Source: an uncultured Gammaproteobacteria bacterium
GTDB lineage: Bacteria; Patescibacteriota; Patescibacteriia; 2-12-FULL-60-25
DNA length: 44,028 nucleotides
NCBI GenBank assembly: GCA_964584725.1
Contig: CAZPAP010000002.1
Coordinates: forward strand, 1 to 44,028
Direction: 5' to 3'
Shown here in pieces: positions 1 through 7,836 of this stretch. The notes beneath the pieces were generated by a model. That model was not told where the DNA came from. It was given only the letters and a program-made list of their open reading frames with translations, and did no database searches. Within the stretch, counting starts at the first letter, position 1. Every line of letters begins with the position of its first letter. The position numbers were made by a program, and so were the translations under genes.

Positions 1-26
1 GTCGGCTTTTTTGTTCGCTGGGCTCG

Positions 27-59
27 TACGAATTACGAATTTGTTACGAAGGTACGAAT
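27..59. repeat. TACGAAT heptamer-word array, copy A
   Basis: TACGAAT TACGAAT TTGT TACGAAG G TACGAAT. 27-43 is the exact reverse complement of 6657-6673. Confidence 0.85.
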
Positions 60-87
60 CGTGATTGGATAAAATAAAATAATTGTC

Positions 88-119
88 ATTCTGAGGGAAG
101 TCGGAGCGACCGTGAGAAT
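88..119. repeat. imperfect palindromic unit ATTCTGAGGG...CCGTGAGAAT
   Basis: 10-nt arms with 2 mismatches around a 12-nt loop, in the gap upstream of trxB. Confidence 0.5.
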
Positions 120-199
120 CTCCAAAATGGAGCAGCTAGCGAGGCGTTTAGGGCGCTTGTCAAAAAGAGTTTTTGAGATTACATTTAAGGCACGAAAAT

Positions 200-1132
200 A
201 TGTCAGACAACATGATCACAGCCGACATCGGCATTATCGGCGCAGGGCCTGCGGGCTATAGCGCAGCGGTTTATGCCATGCGCGCCGGGTTAACGGCCGC
301 GCTCTGGATGGGGCCTGAGCCAGGCGGCCAGCTTACGACAACAAACGAAGTAGATAATTTCTTGGGTTTTGATCAAGGTATCTTGGGCGCGGACTTGATG
401 GAAAAAGCCAAAAAGCACGCAGAGAGGTTCGGCGCGCAATTGATCCAAGATAAGATCACTAAAGTAGAACCAAAAGACAACAAGTTTATTTTGCATGGCG
501 AAAAGCAGAGCGGGGAAGTGCGGGCTGTAATTGTCGCGACTGGTGCCGTGGCCAAATGGCTGGGCACGCCGTCTGAGGCCAAGTTCAAAGGCAAAGGCGT
601 TTCAGGTTGTGCCACATGTGATGGGTTTTTCTTCAAGAACAAAAATGTGGCCATCGTGGGTGCTGGGGACGTGGCCATGGAAGATGCGCATTTTTTGGGA
701 CGCATTGCCAACAGCGTCACCATCTTGGTGCGCAAAGGCGAGGATGGCATCAAGGCCAGCAAAATAATGTATGAGCGCGCCAAGCAGAATCCAAAGATCA
801 AGTTTGTGTTCAATACAGAAATCGATGAGTTTTTGGGTGAGACAACGCTCAAGTCAATCAGATTGAAAAACAATGTCACGAACGAGCTGACAGACATGCC
901 CATAGACGGCGTATTCATTGCCATTGGCCATCGACCCAACACAGAGTTCATCTGTACGTTGGTGGAATGCGAACATGACGGCTACATCAAAGTCAGTGGA
1001 ACCAAAACAAATGTGCCAGGCATTTTCGCAGCCGGCGACGTAGCAGACCGCGTTTACCGCCAGGCCATCACCTCCGCCGCCTCAGGCTGCATGGCGCTCA
1101 TGGATGCCAAAAAGTGGCTGGAGACGAGATAA
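200..1132 (+). CDS. trxB: thioredoxin-disulfide reductase
   Basis: FAD GxGxxG site (IGIIGAGPAGY), redox-active CATCDG, second dinucleotide site VAIVGAGDVAMEDA, C-terminal GIFAAGDV. ATG at 200 preferred over the TTG at 173 used by the track. Confidence 0.9.
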   Translation: MSDNMITADIGIIGAGPAGYSAAVYAMRAGLTAALWMGPEPGGQLTTTNEVDNFLGFDQGILGADLMEKAKKHAERFGAQLIQDKITKVEPKDNKFILHGEKQSGEVRAVIVATGAVAKWLGTPSEAKFKGKGVSGCATCDGFFFKNKNVAIVGAGDVAMEDAHFLGRIANSVTILVRKGEDGIKASKIMYERAKQNPKIKFVFNTEIDEFLGETTLKSIRLKNNVTNELTDMPIDGVFIAIGHRPNTEFICTLVECEHDGYIKVSGTKTNVPGIFAAGDVADRVYRQAITSAASGCMALMDAKKWLETR

Positions 1133-1216
1133 TCGCGTTCAAACAGAGCAATAATTTTTGACCAAAAACACTGGGTCTGTTATGTTTTTGGCTATCCACG
1201 AACAAGGAGTAGGTAC

Positions 1217-1501
1217 ATGGCCTTACGGATTGTACGCGCCGTTGAATCGTTGCCGCGTAAATCGCGGTATAGGCAGCTTCGGCATTATCAGTGCACTGCT
1301 GAACGAGAACATCCATGCCATGGATGCGAGAGACCCATTCTCCCGGGTGATGAATACGAAGCAAGTGTAGTCATTAAGGAAAAAGGCGGCATCTACGTCG
1401 CCAAGTACCACGTCTCGCCACCGTGTGACCCATGGCCCGAAGATGAAGAGGATTGCGATGTGGACGAGGAGATTCCTGTCCCGGTTCAGGCAGTCGCCTA
1501 G
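1217..1501 (+). CDS. small Cys-rich hypothetical protein (orphan)
   Basis: 94 aa. AAGGAG lies 7 nt upstream of the ATG. Cys cluster QCTAEREHPCHGCERP plus a later PPCDP, and an acidic tail. Hairpin plus T-run follows at 1523-1547. No family recognised. Confidence 0.55.
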   Translation: MALRIVRAVESLPRKSRYRQLRHYQCTAEREHPCHGCERPILPGDEYEASVVIKEKGGIYVAKYHVSPPCDPWPEDEEDCDVDEEIPVPVQAVA

Positions 1502-1522
1502 CTCCATTCGTGGCTCGGCTCG

Positions 1523-1547
1523 AACAGCTCGCTCAGGGCTGTTTTTT
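1523..1547 (+). terminator. intrinsic terminator after the 94-aa ORF
   Basis: AACAGC-9 nt-GCTGTT hairpin followed by TTTT. Confidence 0.5.
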
Positions 1548-1576
1548 ATGTAACCACATAGGGCTTTTTTAATTAA

Positions 1577-2104
1577 TCACAAAACTTTCGCGTACATGAG
1601 TGCGTCTTTCATTTTTCTGTCTGTGCCTTTAACAGCTCTCCTTAGCAGTCCTTCTTTTTTATATCCGCATTTTATCGCCACTTTTTCGCTGGCTCTGTTC
1701 TCCGGCTGCATAAGGATTTCTATTCTTGACAATCCAAGCTTATTAAAACCTTCTTTCTCAACTAACTTTACAGCTCTGGTCGTGATTCCTTTCCCCCAAA
1801 GTTTTTCGTCAAGAAAGTAGCCGATTTCACCGATGTGTTTGCGATGGGAATTGATTTTGATGCCGACCGATCCGGCTATTTGGGCGCCAAAGAGAATGGT
1901 GTAATTCCATTCGGTATTATTTTTCCTGCGCGTTGGGTTTTCTTTCAGCCATGTTTTTTCATCCTCAACACTTTTGACGTGCACAGGAAAATAGAGGAAG
2001 TTCGGATTGTCCAAAATCTCAAAGAACCTCTTCGCATCGCTTACTTTTTGATAGCGTATGGATATTTTAGGCATATCTTGTTCATCAGGGCAGTAAGGGT
2101 TCAT
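1577..2104 (-). CDS. GNAT family N-acetyltransferase (RimJ/RimL-like)
   Basis: 175 aa. Typical GNAT core IGYFLDEKLWGKGITTRAVKLVEKEGF and C-terminal KCGYKKEGLLR. Confidence 0.85.
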   Translation of the reverse strand: MNPYCPDEQDMPKISIRYQKVSDAKRFFEILDNPNFLYFPVHVKSVEDEKTWLKENPTRRKNNTEWNYTILFGAQIAGSVGIKINSHRKHIGEIGYFLDEKLWGKGITTRAVKLVEKEGFNKLGLSRIEILMQPENRASEKVAIKCGYKKEGLLRRAVKGTDRKMKDALMYAKVL

Positions 2105-2108
2105 TTAA

Positions 2109-2432
2109 TTATCTCCATACTCTCTTTTTGTTGATTTCTTCCTTGTCGCGAAAAGCTTTTTCCAGATCAACATCAAACCGATTACAAATGCTCAAAAGAT
2201 AGATAAATACATCAGCGATTTCCAGCTCTAAGTCAGGTTTGCGGGAAGCATCGTCTATTTTGATGAGCGTATGTTTACGAGCTGCTTTTGCCATCTCGCC
2301 GATCTCTTCGCTCAAAAGCATGAACAACTCAGGGACACCTTCGTTTTCAAAACCACGTTCACTGACCAGATCGCGAACGTATTGTTGGAAATCTTTTAAT
2401 TCAGGTTGTTCTTTTAGGAAAAGTTGGCTCAT
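2109..2432 (-). CDS. MazG-like nucleotide pyrophosphohydrolase (small all-alpha NTP-PPase)
   Basis: 107 aa. LLSEEIGEMAKAARK and LELEIADVFIYLLSICNRF motifs typical of the MazG/NTP-PPase domain. Confidence 0.8.
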   Translation of the reverse strand: MSQLFLKEQPELKDFQQYVRDLVSERGFENEGVPELFMLLSEEIGEMAKAARKHTLIKIDDASRKPDLELEIADVFIYLLSICNRFDVDLEKAFRDKEEINKKRVWR

Positions 2433-2466
2433 AAATTATGTAGTTATCAGCACTTGAATCCATCTT

Positions 2467-2964
2467 TTAGATGGAAACCCGCAAGTTGTTGTCTTTTTCT
2501 GCAAGTCCAAAGAGGACTCTGAAGTTTTCAGCAAAACGGCCACTATGTTGTTCATCAAATGGCAGAGAGAGTTCTCTTCCCTGAAGAATCAACCGATGAC
2601 CATGCGTACCGCTCCCGACCAACACCGTCAGATCTTCACCCTCCAAGAAACCCTGTAACTCAGTGTCTGAAATGCTGATTAATCCTAAGCTACTGCCTTT
2701 ATGGATTCTCTTCTGCAGTGCTTCCAGTGCGAATCGCAGCATTTCAAGATTTTTTGATTCTCGGGCACAGCGAACCATTTCAAGGATTGATTGCCCAACA
2801 TTCTCTTCACGCATTTTTTCCATGGTTAACGAGGTCAGCCGCGCCCGCTCCTCGTCCTCCATCGGCTTATCGCTCGCTAGCCGCTGCATGGCATAGAACA
2901 GCGTATTTTTCGGATTGATGGATTCATTGGGAACCTGCGGGACCTCTGGACTTGAATTTTTCAT
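2467..2964 (-). CDS. hypothetical protein
   Basis: 165-aa ORF co-oriented with the MazG-like and GNAT genes and tightly packed with them. No motif recognised. Confidence 0.55.
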   Translation of the reverse strand: MKNSSPEVPQVPNESINPKNTLFYAMQRLASDKPMEDEERARLTSLTMEKMREENVGQSILEMVRCARESKNLEMLRFALEALQKRIHKGSSLGLISISDTELQGFLEGEDLTVLVGSGTHGHRLILQGRELSLPFDEQHSGRFAENFRVLFGLAEKDNNLRVSI

Positions 2965-2995
2965 AAATTTTTAGTGATAAATGGATATGCACATC

Positions 2996-3023
2996 TTGCC
3001 ACTTTGCTAAAAAAATGTATAGT
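2996..3023 (+). promoter_or_regulatory. sigma70-type promoter candidate for the four-helix-bundle/comEC unit
   Basis: TTGCCA (2996-3001), 16-nt spacer, TATAGT (3018-3023). Confidence 0.4.
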
Positions 3024-3109
3024 AAATGTAGGTGCCGGGGAGCCTCACGTCGTGATACGTAACTTGTGATACGTGAAGCGTATGACCCTATTTTTAGACG
3101 TGTCACAAG

Positions 3110-3120
3110 TCACGAGTCAC
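3110..3120. repeat. 11-nt direct repeat TCACGAGTCAC, left copy
   Basis: Exact second copy at 3501-3511. The pair brackets the four-helix-bundle CDS. Confidence 0.8.
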
Positions 3121-3131
3121 CTTGCACCTCT

Positions 3132-3470
3132 ATGTACCATCAAGAACTGAAGGAATTGATCGATAAATATGTCCATCTGGTCTACGGGTTGTCTCGGAAG
3201 TTTCCAAGAGAAGAGATTTACGGCTGTACATCCCAATTACGAAGGTCGACTTTATCCGTGGCTTTAAACTACCTAGAGGGCAATGCCAGGAGGAGGCCAC
3301 TTGTATTCAAAAACTTTTTAGAGATTGCTTATGGTTCCCTAAATGAATCAAGGTATTTGCTAGAATTTTCGTGCAAAGAGAATTACATAACCCAATCCGA
3401 TTTCGTTGAGGCTAACGGGTTGGCTATAAGGATAGGGGCCATGCTATGGGGAATCCTGAGCCGACTTTAA
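3132..3470 (+). CDS. four helix bundle protein (23S rRNA intervening-sequence protein family type)
   Basis: Pattern typical of this family: KFPREEIYGCTSQLRRSTLSVALNYLEGNARR and AYGSLNESRYLLEF. ATG at 3132 preferred over the track start at 3066. Confidence 0.85.
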   Translation: MYHQELKELIDKYVHLVYGLSRKFPREEIYGCTSQLRRSTLSVALNYLEGNARRRPLVFKNFLEIAYGSLNESRYLLEFSCKENYITQSDFVEANGLAIRIGAMLWGILSRL

Positions 3471-3490
3471 GACATTTTTTCGTGTTTTAC

Positions 3491-4957
3491 ATGTCGCGTA
3501 TCACGAGTCACGTATCAGTAAAGTTACAAGTATTGAAGCCTTGGGTGGTTCCAGCCGGGTTCTTGTGCGGCATTGCCATCCATTCCTTTTTTCCGCTGAC
3601 ACCCACGCACACGCTCGTTTACTGGATTTTAATTGCACTGATTTGCATCCCCCTCCTTTTCAAGGAGGGGACAGGGGTGGTTATTATGAAATCGCTATTC
3701 GTTTTTCTTTCACTGCTGTCTTTCGGTCTTTTCCGTTTCGACCTAGCCATCCCCAGAGCACCAGTTGCATCAGAAGATGAGTTTATAGCCATTGTCCAAG
3801 ACTCGTCCTATGGCAAATTCGGCTGGCAAGCGTATGTGAAGACTAAGGAGAACACGTTTTTGATTAGGGCGAAGCGCAGTCTGGTCATCGGCTCAACCAT
3901 CAGTTTCACCTGCAAACCCAAAGTCAGGACGCAGGGGAAGGATGATTACCATCTTTTTGTCTCATTCTTTAAAAAGTATCAAGCCGAGTGCTCGCCAAAA
4001 ACTGTTATGACCATCAAGCCGCCGGCCTGGTGGGATGTGCGGCAGACTTTTGCGGATTTGCGAACGTGGACTAACCGTCGCATCATGTCTGCCATGCCAG
4101 GGGACGAAGGTGCGTTAATCGCTGGCATGCTTTACGGCGAAAGGGGAATGTCGCAAAAATCCAATGATCTGTTCCGCAGTGCAGGCCTGACGCACTTGAT
4201 TGCTGTGTCAGGCTCTAACATCACCATTGTCGCGTCTGTGATTTTTGCGCTTTTGCTCGGCGCTGGTTTGTGGAGGCGACAAGCTTTTTGGGGCACGACA
4301 ATCGCACTAGCGTCTTACGTGATGTTCACGGGCTTTAGCGCATCTGTAGACCGCGCTGCAGCTATGGGCTGGCTGGTCTTGCTGGCGCGCCACCTAGGCA
4401 GGCAATCGCAGACTTGGCGCTTGCTTGTCTTGTCTGCCGCCATCCTGTGTTTGATTGATCCTTGGATGCTGGGGTTTGACGCAGGTTTTGCACTTTCGTT
4501 TTTAGCCACGCTCGGCTTGATGATTTGGACGCCCATCATCAATCGCAAGCTAGGATTTTTATATTTTGATGTTTTGCGCGAGGCAGCTGCCACATCCATT
4601 GCAGCTACATTGATGACCACGCCTTACATGGCTTTGGCTTTTGGCCGCGTATCCTTGGCTGGCATTTTTACGAACTTGATTGCTGTGCCGCTCGTGCCTT
4701 GGGCCATGTTGTTCGGCGCTATGGCAGCTGCTTGGGGCCAGCTTTTAGGTTGGCAGGCAGTATCTTTGCCAGCGCTTGGAGTGGCAAAAGCGATTTTTTT
4801 CTCAGCCAGCATCGCGAACTATGTGCCTTTTTTGAACCTGGAAATCCAAGACATGAATCTGCTCCTGCTCGTCGCGACTTATGCACTGCTCATCGTTATT
4901 TATTTTAAGTTGCGCAAAGAAAATGATTTATACACAGAAACACGCCTGATTTGTTAA
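3491..4957 (+). CDS. comEC: ComEC/Rec2 family competence channel protein (no metallo-beta-lactamase domain)
   Basis: Multi-pass membrane ORF with the competence-domain motif RSAGLTHLIAVSGSNITIV. ATG at 3491, downstream of the stop of the previous gene. Confidence 0.85.
   Translation: MSRITSHVSVKLQVLKPWVVPAGFLCGIAIHSFFPLTPTHTLVYWILIALICIPLLFKEGTGVVIMKSLFVFLSLLSFGLFRFDLAIPRAPVASEDEFIAIVQDSSYGKFGWQAYVKTKENTFLIRAKRSLVIGSTISFTCKPKVRTQGKDDYHLFVSFFKKYQAECSPKTVMTIKPPAWWDVRQTFADLRTWTNRRIMSAMPGDEGALIAGMLYGERGMSQKSNDLFRSAGLTHLIAVSGSNITIVASVIFALLLGAGLWRRQAFWGTTIALASYVMFTGFSASVDRAAAMGWLVLLARHLGRQSQTWRLLVLSAAILCLIDPWMLGFDAGFALSFLATLGLMIWTPIINRKLGFLYFDVLREAAATSIAATLMTTPYMALAFGRVSLAGIFTNLIAVPLVPWAMLFGAMAAAWGQLLGWQAVSLPALGVAKAIFFSASIANYVPFLNLEIQDMNLLLLVATYALLIVIYFKLRKENDLYTETRLIC
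3501..3511. repeat. 11-nt direct repeat TCACGAGTCAC, right copy
   Basis: Exact copy of 3110-3120. Lies in the first codons of comEC. Confidence 0.8.
3650..3670. repeat. perfect 9-bp-stem palindrome CCCCTCCTT-TTC-AAGGAGGGG inside comEC
   Basis: Read directly. It is in frame and translated as PLLFKEG. Confidence 0.85.
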
Positions 4958-5001
4958 ACTGCGCGATGCATTTAAATGGTTGTCATGCGCCAATGACATT
5001 G

Positions 5002-5030
5002 GTAGAGACGTCCTGCCAGGGCGTCTCTAC
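5002..5030. repeat. palindromic unit GTAGAGACG-11 nt-CGTCTCTAC
   Basis: Same 9-nt stem as the palindrome at 27836-27864. No T-run follows it here. Confidence 0.8.
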
Positions 5031-5559
5031 GCGCATAACAATTGATTCGTAATTTCATGTGTCATTTGTCATTGACGCTATGAATTGCCAACTTGCCAGC
5101 TTTATAACAGATTATAAGTGAGGCTTCACAGCCCGCACCTCAAAAACGAAACAGCTTAGGACGGCCGCCCCAACAAAACATATTTTTTCATCGGGTACGG
5201 TGCCAAGGAGGTAAATGCCTTGTTACTGCCCCGGGCTGGTAAGGCAACTGGCCACGGAGATGATGATACGTTTTGCTTAAAGTGGATTGTACATTCATGG
5301 ATTTGAATAATGTCTGTGGATGGAGGGGGTTGGGGACACGGACTTTACATCCGTTCGGAAAGGCCACGTTTCAGCGGCGCCGCAAATAGGGCGCAAAAAG
5401 ATTTCCAGCCCGCTTGTTCGAGCTATAGGAAGTCCGCGGAAACATCTGGCCCAGCATCTGGCGCGAGCCAAAGCGCCTCAGGATAGGCCGTCCTAAACTA
5501 TTTCGCCATGCTTCCTTTTTTCCTTTCGCGACGCGTAATGAAAGGAATTGGAGGAAGCT

Positions 5560-6537
5560 ATGGAAGAATTGAAATTCGTTTCTTTGAAAACCCAAAACCA
5601 GAAGGTGAGAGCGCCGCGCATAACGTGGAGGCGCATCAAGAACGGAGTCATACAGAGCCTTGCGATTTCCTTTGCGGCCATCGTGGCTGCCACTTTGCTC
5701 ATGTCCTTGTGCGTCTTGCTCTCGACCTGCGCCGAAGGAAAACCAGATCCAGCTGAGTTCGTCGGACCAATCGGGCCAGCCAAGCCCAAGCCAGCGTTTG
5801 ATGCTGGGCAAGGTGGTTCTTCGTCGGGCGGATTTGGCGGCAAAGGGGGCGAACCAAGCTCAGGCGGATCATCCGGCACATGGGTCACGGCTGGCACGGG
5901 CGGATCTGCTGGCTCATCAGAAATAGTTGCCTCAGGCGGTTCGTTTGCCACGGCTGGCACGGGCGGATCATTATATGGCGTTGGTGGATCTTCGTCTCTC
6001 GGTTGCGATTTGGTCGGCCAGGAAACCTGCACTGGCTTGGACGAGGATTGCGACGGCCTGATTGATTGCCAGGATCCGGATTGCGCGAAAATGGGCGTTT
6101 GCCAAGCGCTTGATGCTGGCAACTGCAACGGCGAGACTGCGATCCATCTCTATTACCAAGGCCCAGCTTGGGTGGGTACTAACTCGCTCTACGCCTGGTG
6201 GATGCCTCCTGGCTTGCCACCGCGAACTTGGGGCGTGGTAGATGAGTGTTTGGATTTGCTTGCAAACGACGGGCAGCTGGACTGCATATTCCATGTTCCG
6301 CATTGCACCACGTCGTTTGAGTTCCAGGTGTTTCTGCCGTACAGCAGATATTGGGGCGACATATCGTGCAGCGTCAACGGGGGCTGCGGCAGCACGATTG
6401 GAAATGTAGCCCTGGTCATCCAAGGCACCCCGCTCCAGTACTATTTCAAATCAAATGGGATCAAAGATCCGAACTGCAATGGCAACGGATGCGACCCATA
6501 TCCCTACAAAAACGGTCTGGTGGATTTCGTTCCCTGA
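5560..6537 (+). CDS. membrane-anchored or secreted Gly/Ser-rich protein with a Cys-rich DxDCDG-type motif
   Basis: GGAGG lies 5 nt upstream of the ATG at 5560 (the track start at 5548 is a TTG). N-terminal hydrophobic anchor SLAISFAAIVAATLLMSLCVLLSTC, then G/S-rich repeats, then ETCTGLDEDCDGLIDCQDPDC, then a Trp/Cys-rich C-terminal domain. Confidence 0.6.
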   Translation: MEELKFVSLKTQNQKVRAPRITWRRIKNGVIQSLAISFAAIVAATLLMSLCVLLSTCAEGKPDPAEFVGPIGPAKPKPAFDAGQGGSSSGGFGGKGGEPSSGGSSGTWVTAGTGGSAGSSEIVASGGSFATAGTGGSLYGVGGSSSLGCDLVGQETCTGLDEDCDGLIDCQDPDCAKMGVCQALDAGNCNGETAIHLYYQGPAWVGTNSLYAWWMPPGLPPRTWGVVDECLDLLANDGQLDCIFHVPHCTTSFEFQVFLPYSRYWGDISCSVNGGCGSTIGNVALVIQGTPLQYYFKSNGIKDPNCNGNGCDPYPYKNGLVDFVP

Positions 6538-6641
6538 CTACTCGCCCTGCCATCTGGTGGGGCTATTTTAAACTTATCCCCATGACGAGTTAGTGATGAC
6601 TTGCTAAGATTGCCAAAGTAGAACAAGAATAGAACAAACCA

Positions 6642-6673
6642 ATTCGTATATTCGTTCAAATTCGTAATTCGTA
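6642..6673. repeat. TACGAAT heptamer-word array, copy B (inverted)
   Basis: ATTCGTA T ATTCGTT CAAA TTCGTAA TTCGTA, about 40 nt upstream of recA. Confidence 0.85.
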
Positions 6674-6711
6674 TTAACCCTTAATTACAAATAAATCAGT
6701 AACTTATTAAT

Positions 6712-7794
6712 ATGGCAGTGAAAAAAGTTGATGAACGCGATGCTCGCAAGTTAGCCGCCCAAGAAGCGATCGATCAGATTAAAGAACGTTTTGGGGAGGG
6801 CTCTATCATGCGTTTAGGCGAGGCTAAGAAGATGCTGGTTGATTCTGTTTCTACGGGCTGTTTGTCTTTGGACTTGGCTCTAGGGGTGATGGGCGTGCCG
6901 CGTGGCCGTGTCATTGAGATTTATGGTCCTGAAGCTTCGGGCAAAACGACCTTAGCCCAGCACATCATTGCTGAAGTGCAGAAATTGGGCGGCATTGCGG
7001 CTTTCGTGGATGCAGAACATGCCTTGGATCCGGATTATGCCAAAAAGATCGGCGTGAATATCAATGACATGCTTATTTCTCAGCCAGATACTGGTGAACA
7101 GGCCTTGGATATCGTGGAAACTTTGGTTAGGTCCAATGCAGTCGATGTGGTGGTCATAGACTCAGTGGCTGCCTTGGTGCCAAAGGCTGAAATCGAAGGC
7201 GAAATGGGCGATTCGCACATGGGTTTGCAGGCGCGCTTGATGAGCCAGGCCATGCGCAAGCTCACGCCTATTGTATCCAACAGCAAAACAGTCGTGATCT
7301 TCATCAACCAAATCCGCATGAAGATAGGCGTGATGTTCGGCAACCCGGAAACCACGACCGGCGGCAATGCGCTCAAGTTTTATGCTTCCATGCGCATAGA
7401 AGTGCGCCGCAGTGCCCAGATCAAGATGGGGGATAGGATCATCGGCAACCGCGTCAAAGCCAAGATCGTGAAAAACAAGATGGCTGCGCCTTTCCGCAAT
7501 TGCGAGTTTGACATCATGTATAACGAAGGCATTTCAATCAGCGGCGATTTGATCGACTTGGGTGTTGAATGGGGAGTCATCAAAAAATCCGGCAATAGCT
7601 ATGCATATAATGAGGAAAAATTAGGCATGGGGCGTGAGAATGCCAAGCAAACACTGCGCTCAAGGCCAGACCTGATGTCCAAGATCCGTGAGCAGATTAT
7701 TGTGGCTTGGAAGGCAAAGGAGGAAGAGAACGGAAACGAGCCATTCAAAGCCGGCGCAGACATCAAAGACAGCGAAACCGAAGAGGTCGCATAA
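6712..7794 (+). CDS. recA: recombinase RecA
   Basis: Walker [21 protein letters not shown], and L2-type region [28 protein letters not shown]. Confidence 0.97.
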   Translation: MAVKKVDERDARKLAAQEAIDQIKERFGEGSIMRLGEAKKMLVDSVSTGCLSLDLALGVMGVPRGRVIEIYGPEASGKTTLAQHIIAEVQKLGGIAAFVDAEHALDPDYAKKIGVNINDMLISQPDTGEQALDIVETLVRSNAVDVVVIDSVAALVPKAEIEGEMGDSHMGLQARLMSQAMRKLTPIVSNSKTVVIFINQIRMKIGVMFGNPETTTGGNALKFYASMRIEVRRSAQIKMGDRIIGNRVKAKIVKNKMAAPFRNCEFDIMYNEGISISGDLIDLGVEWGVIKKSGNSYAYNEEKLGMGRENAKQTLRSRPDLMSKIREQIIVAWKAKEEENGNEPFKAGADIKDSETEEVA

Positions 7795-7836
7795 ATCAGG
7801 ACAAATCGTTGAGGATTTGTTAAGATACTGGATGCC

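Noticed and set aside
5156-5496. 11-nt long-range inverted repeat (TTAGGACGGCC / GGCCGTCCTAA) as the boundary of an RNA or a MITE
   Set aside because: A single 11-nt match 330 nt apart has no further supporting helices that I could find, so it may be chance. It is kept only as a note inside the 4958-6537 finding.
5420-5650. RNase P RNA-like strings (AGGAAGUCCGCGG resembles the CR-I AGGAAAGUCCGGGC; GGUGAGAGCGCCGCG resembles GGUAAGAGCGCACC)
   Set aside because: I could not find a P4 3' strand able to pair with the first string. The segment runs into a well-supported protein-coding gene. The similarity is limited to two short strings.
5493-6128. 211-aa Pro-rich ORF on the - strand, plus the overlapping - strand ORF 5371-5811
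   Set aside because: It is the antisense shadow of the G/S-rich + strand gene, since GGN/AGC codons read as Pro/Ala on the other strand. The + ORF has a GGAGG SD, a membrane anchor and a Cys-rich domain. The - ORF has no start signals.
6619-6673. LexA/Cheo SOS box upstream of recA
   Set aside because: GAAC-containing words are present, but as direct repeats. No CGAAC-N4-GTTCG-type palindrome is present.
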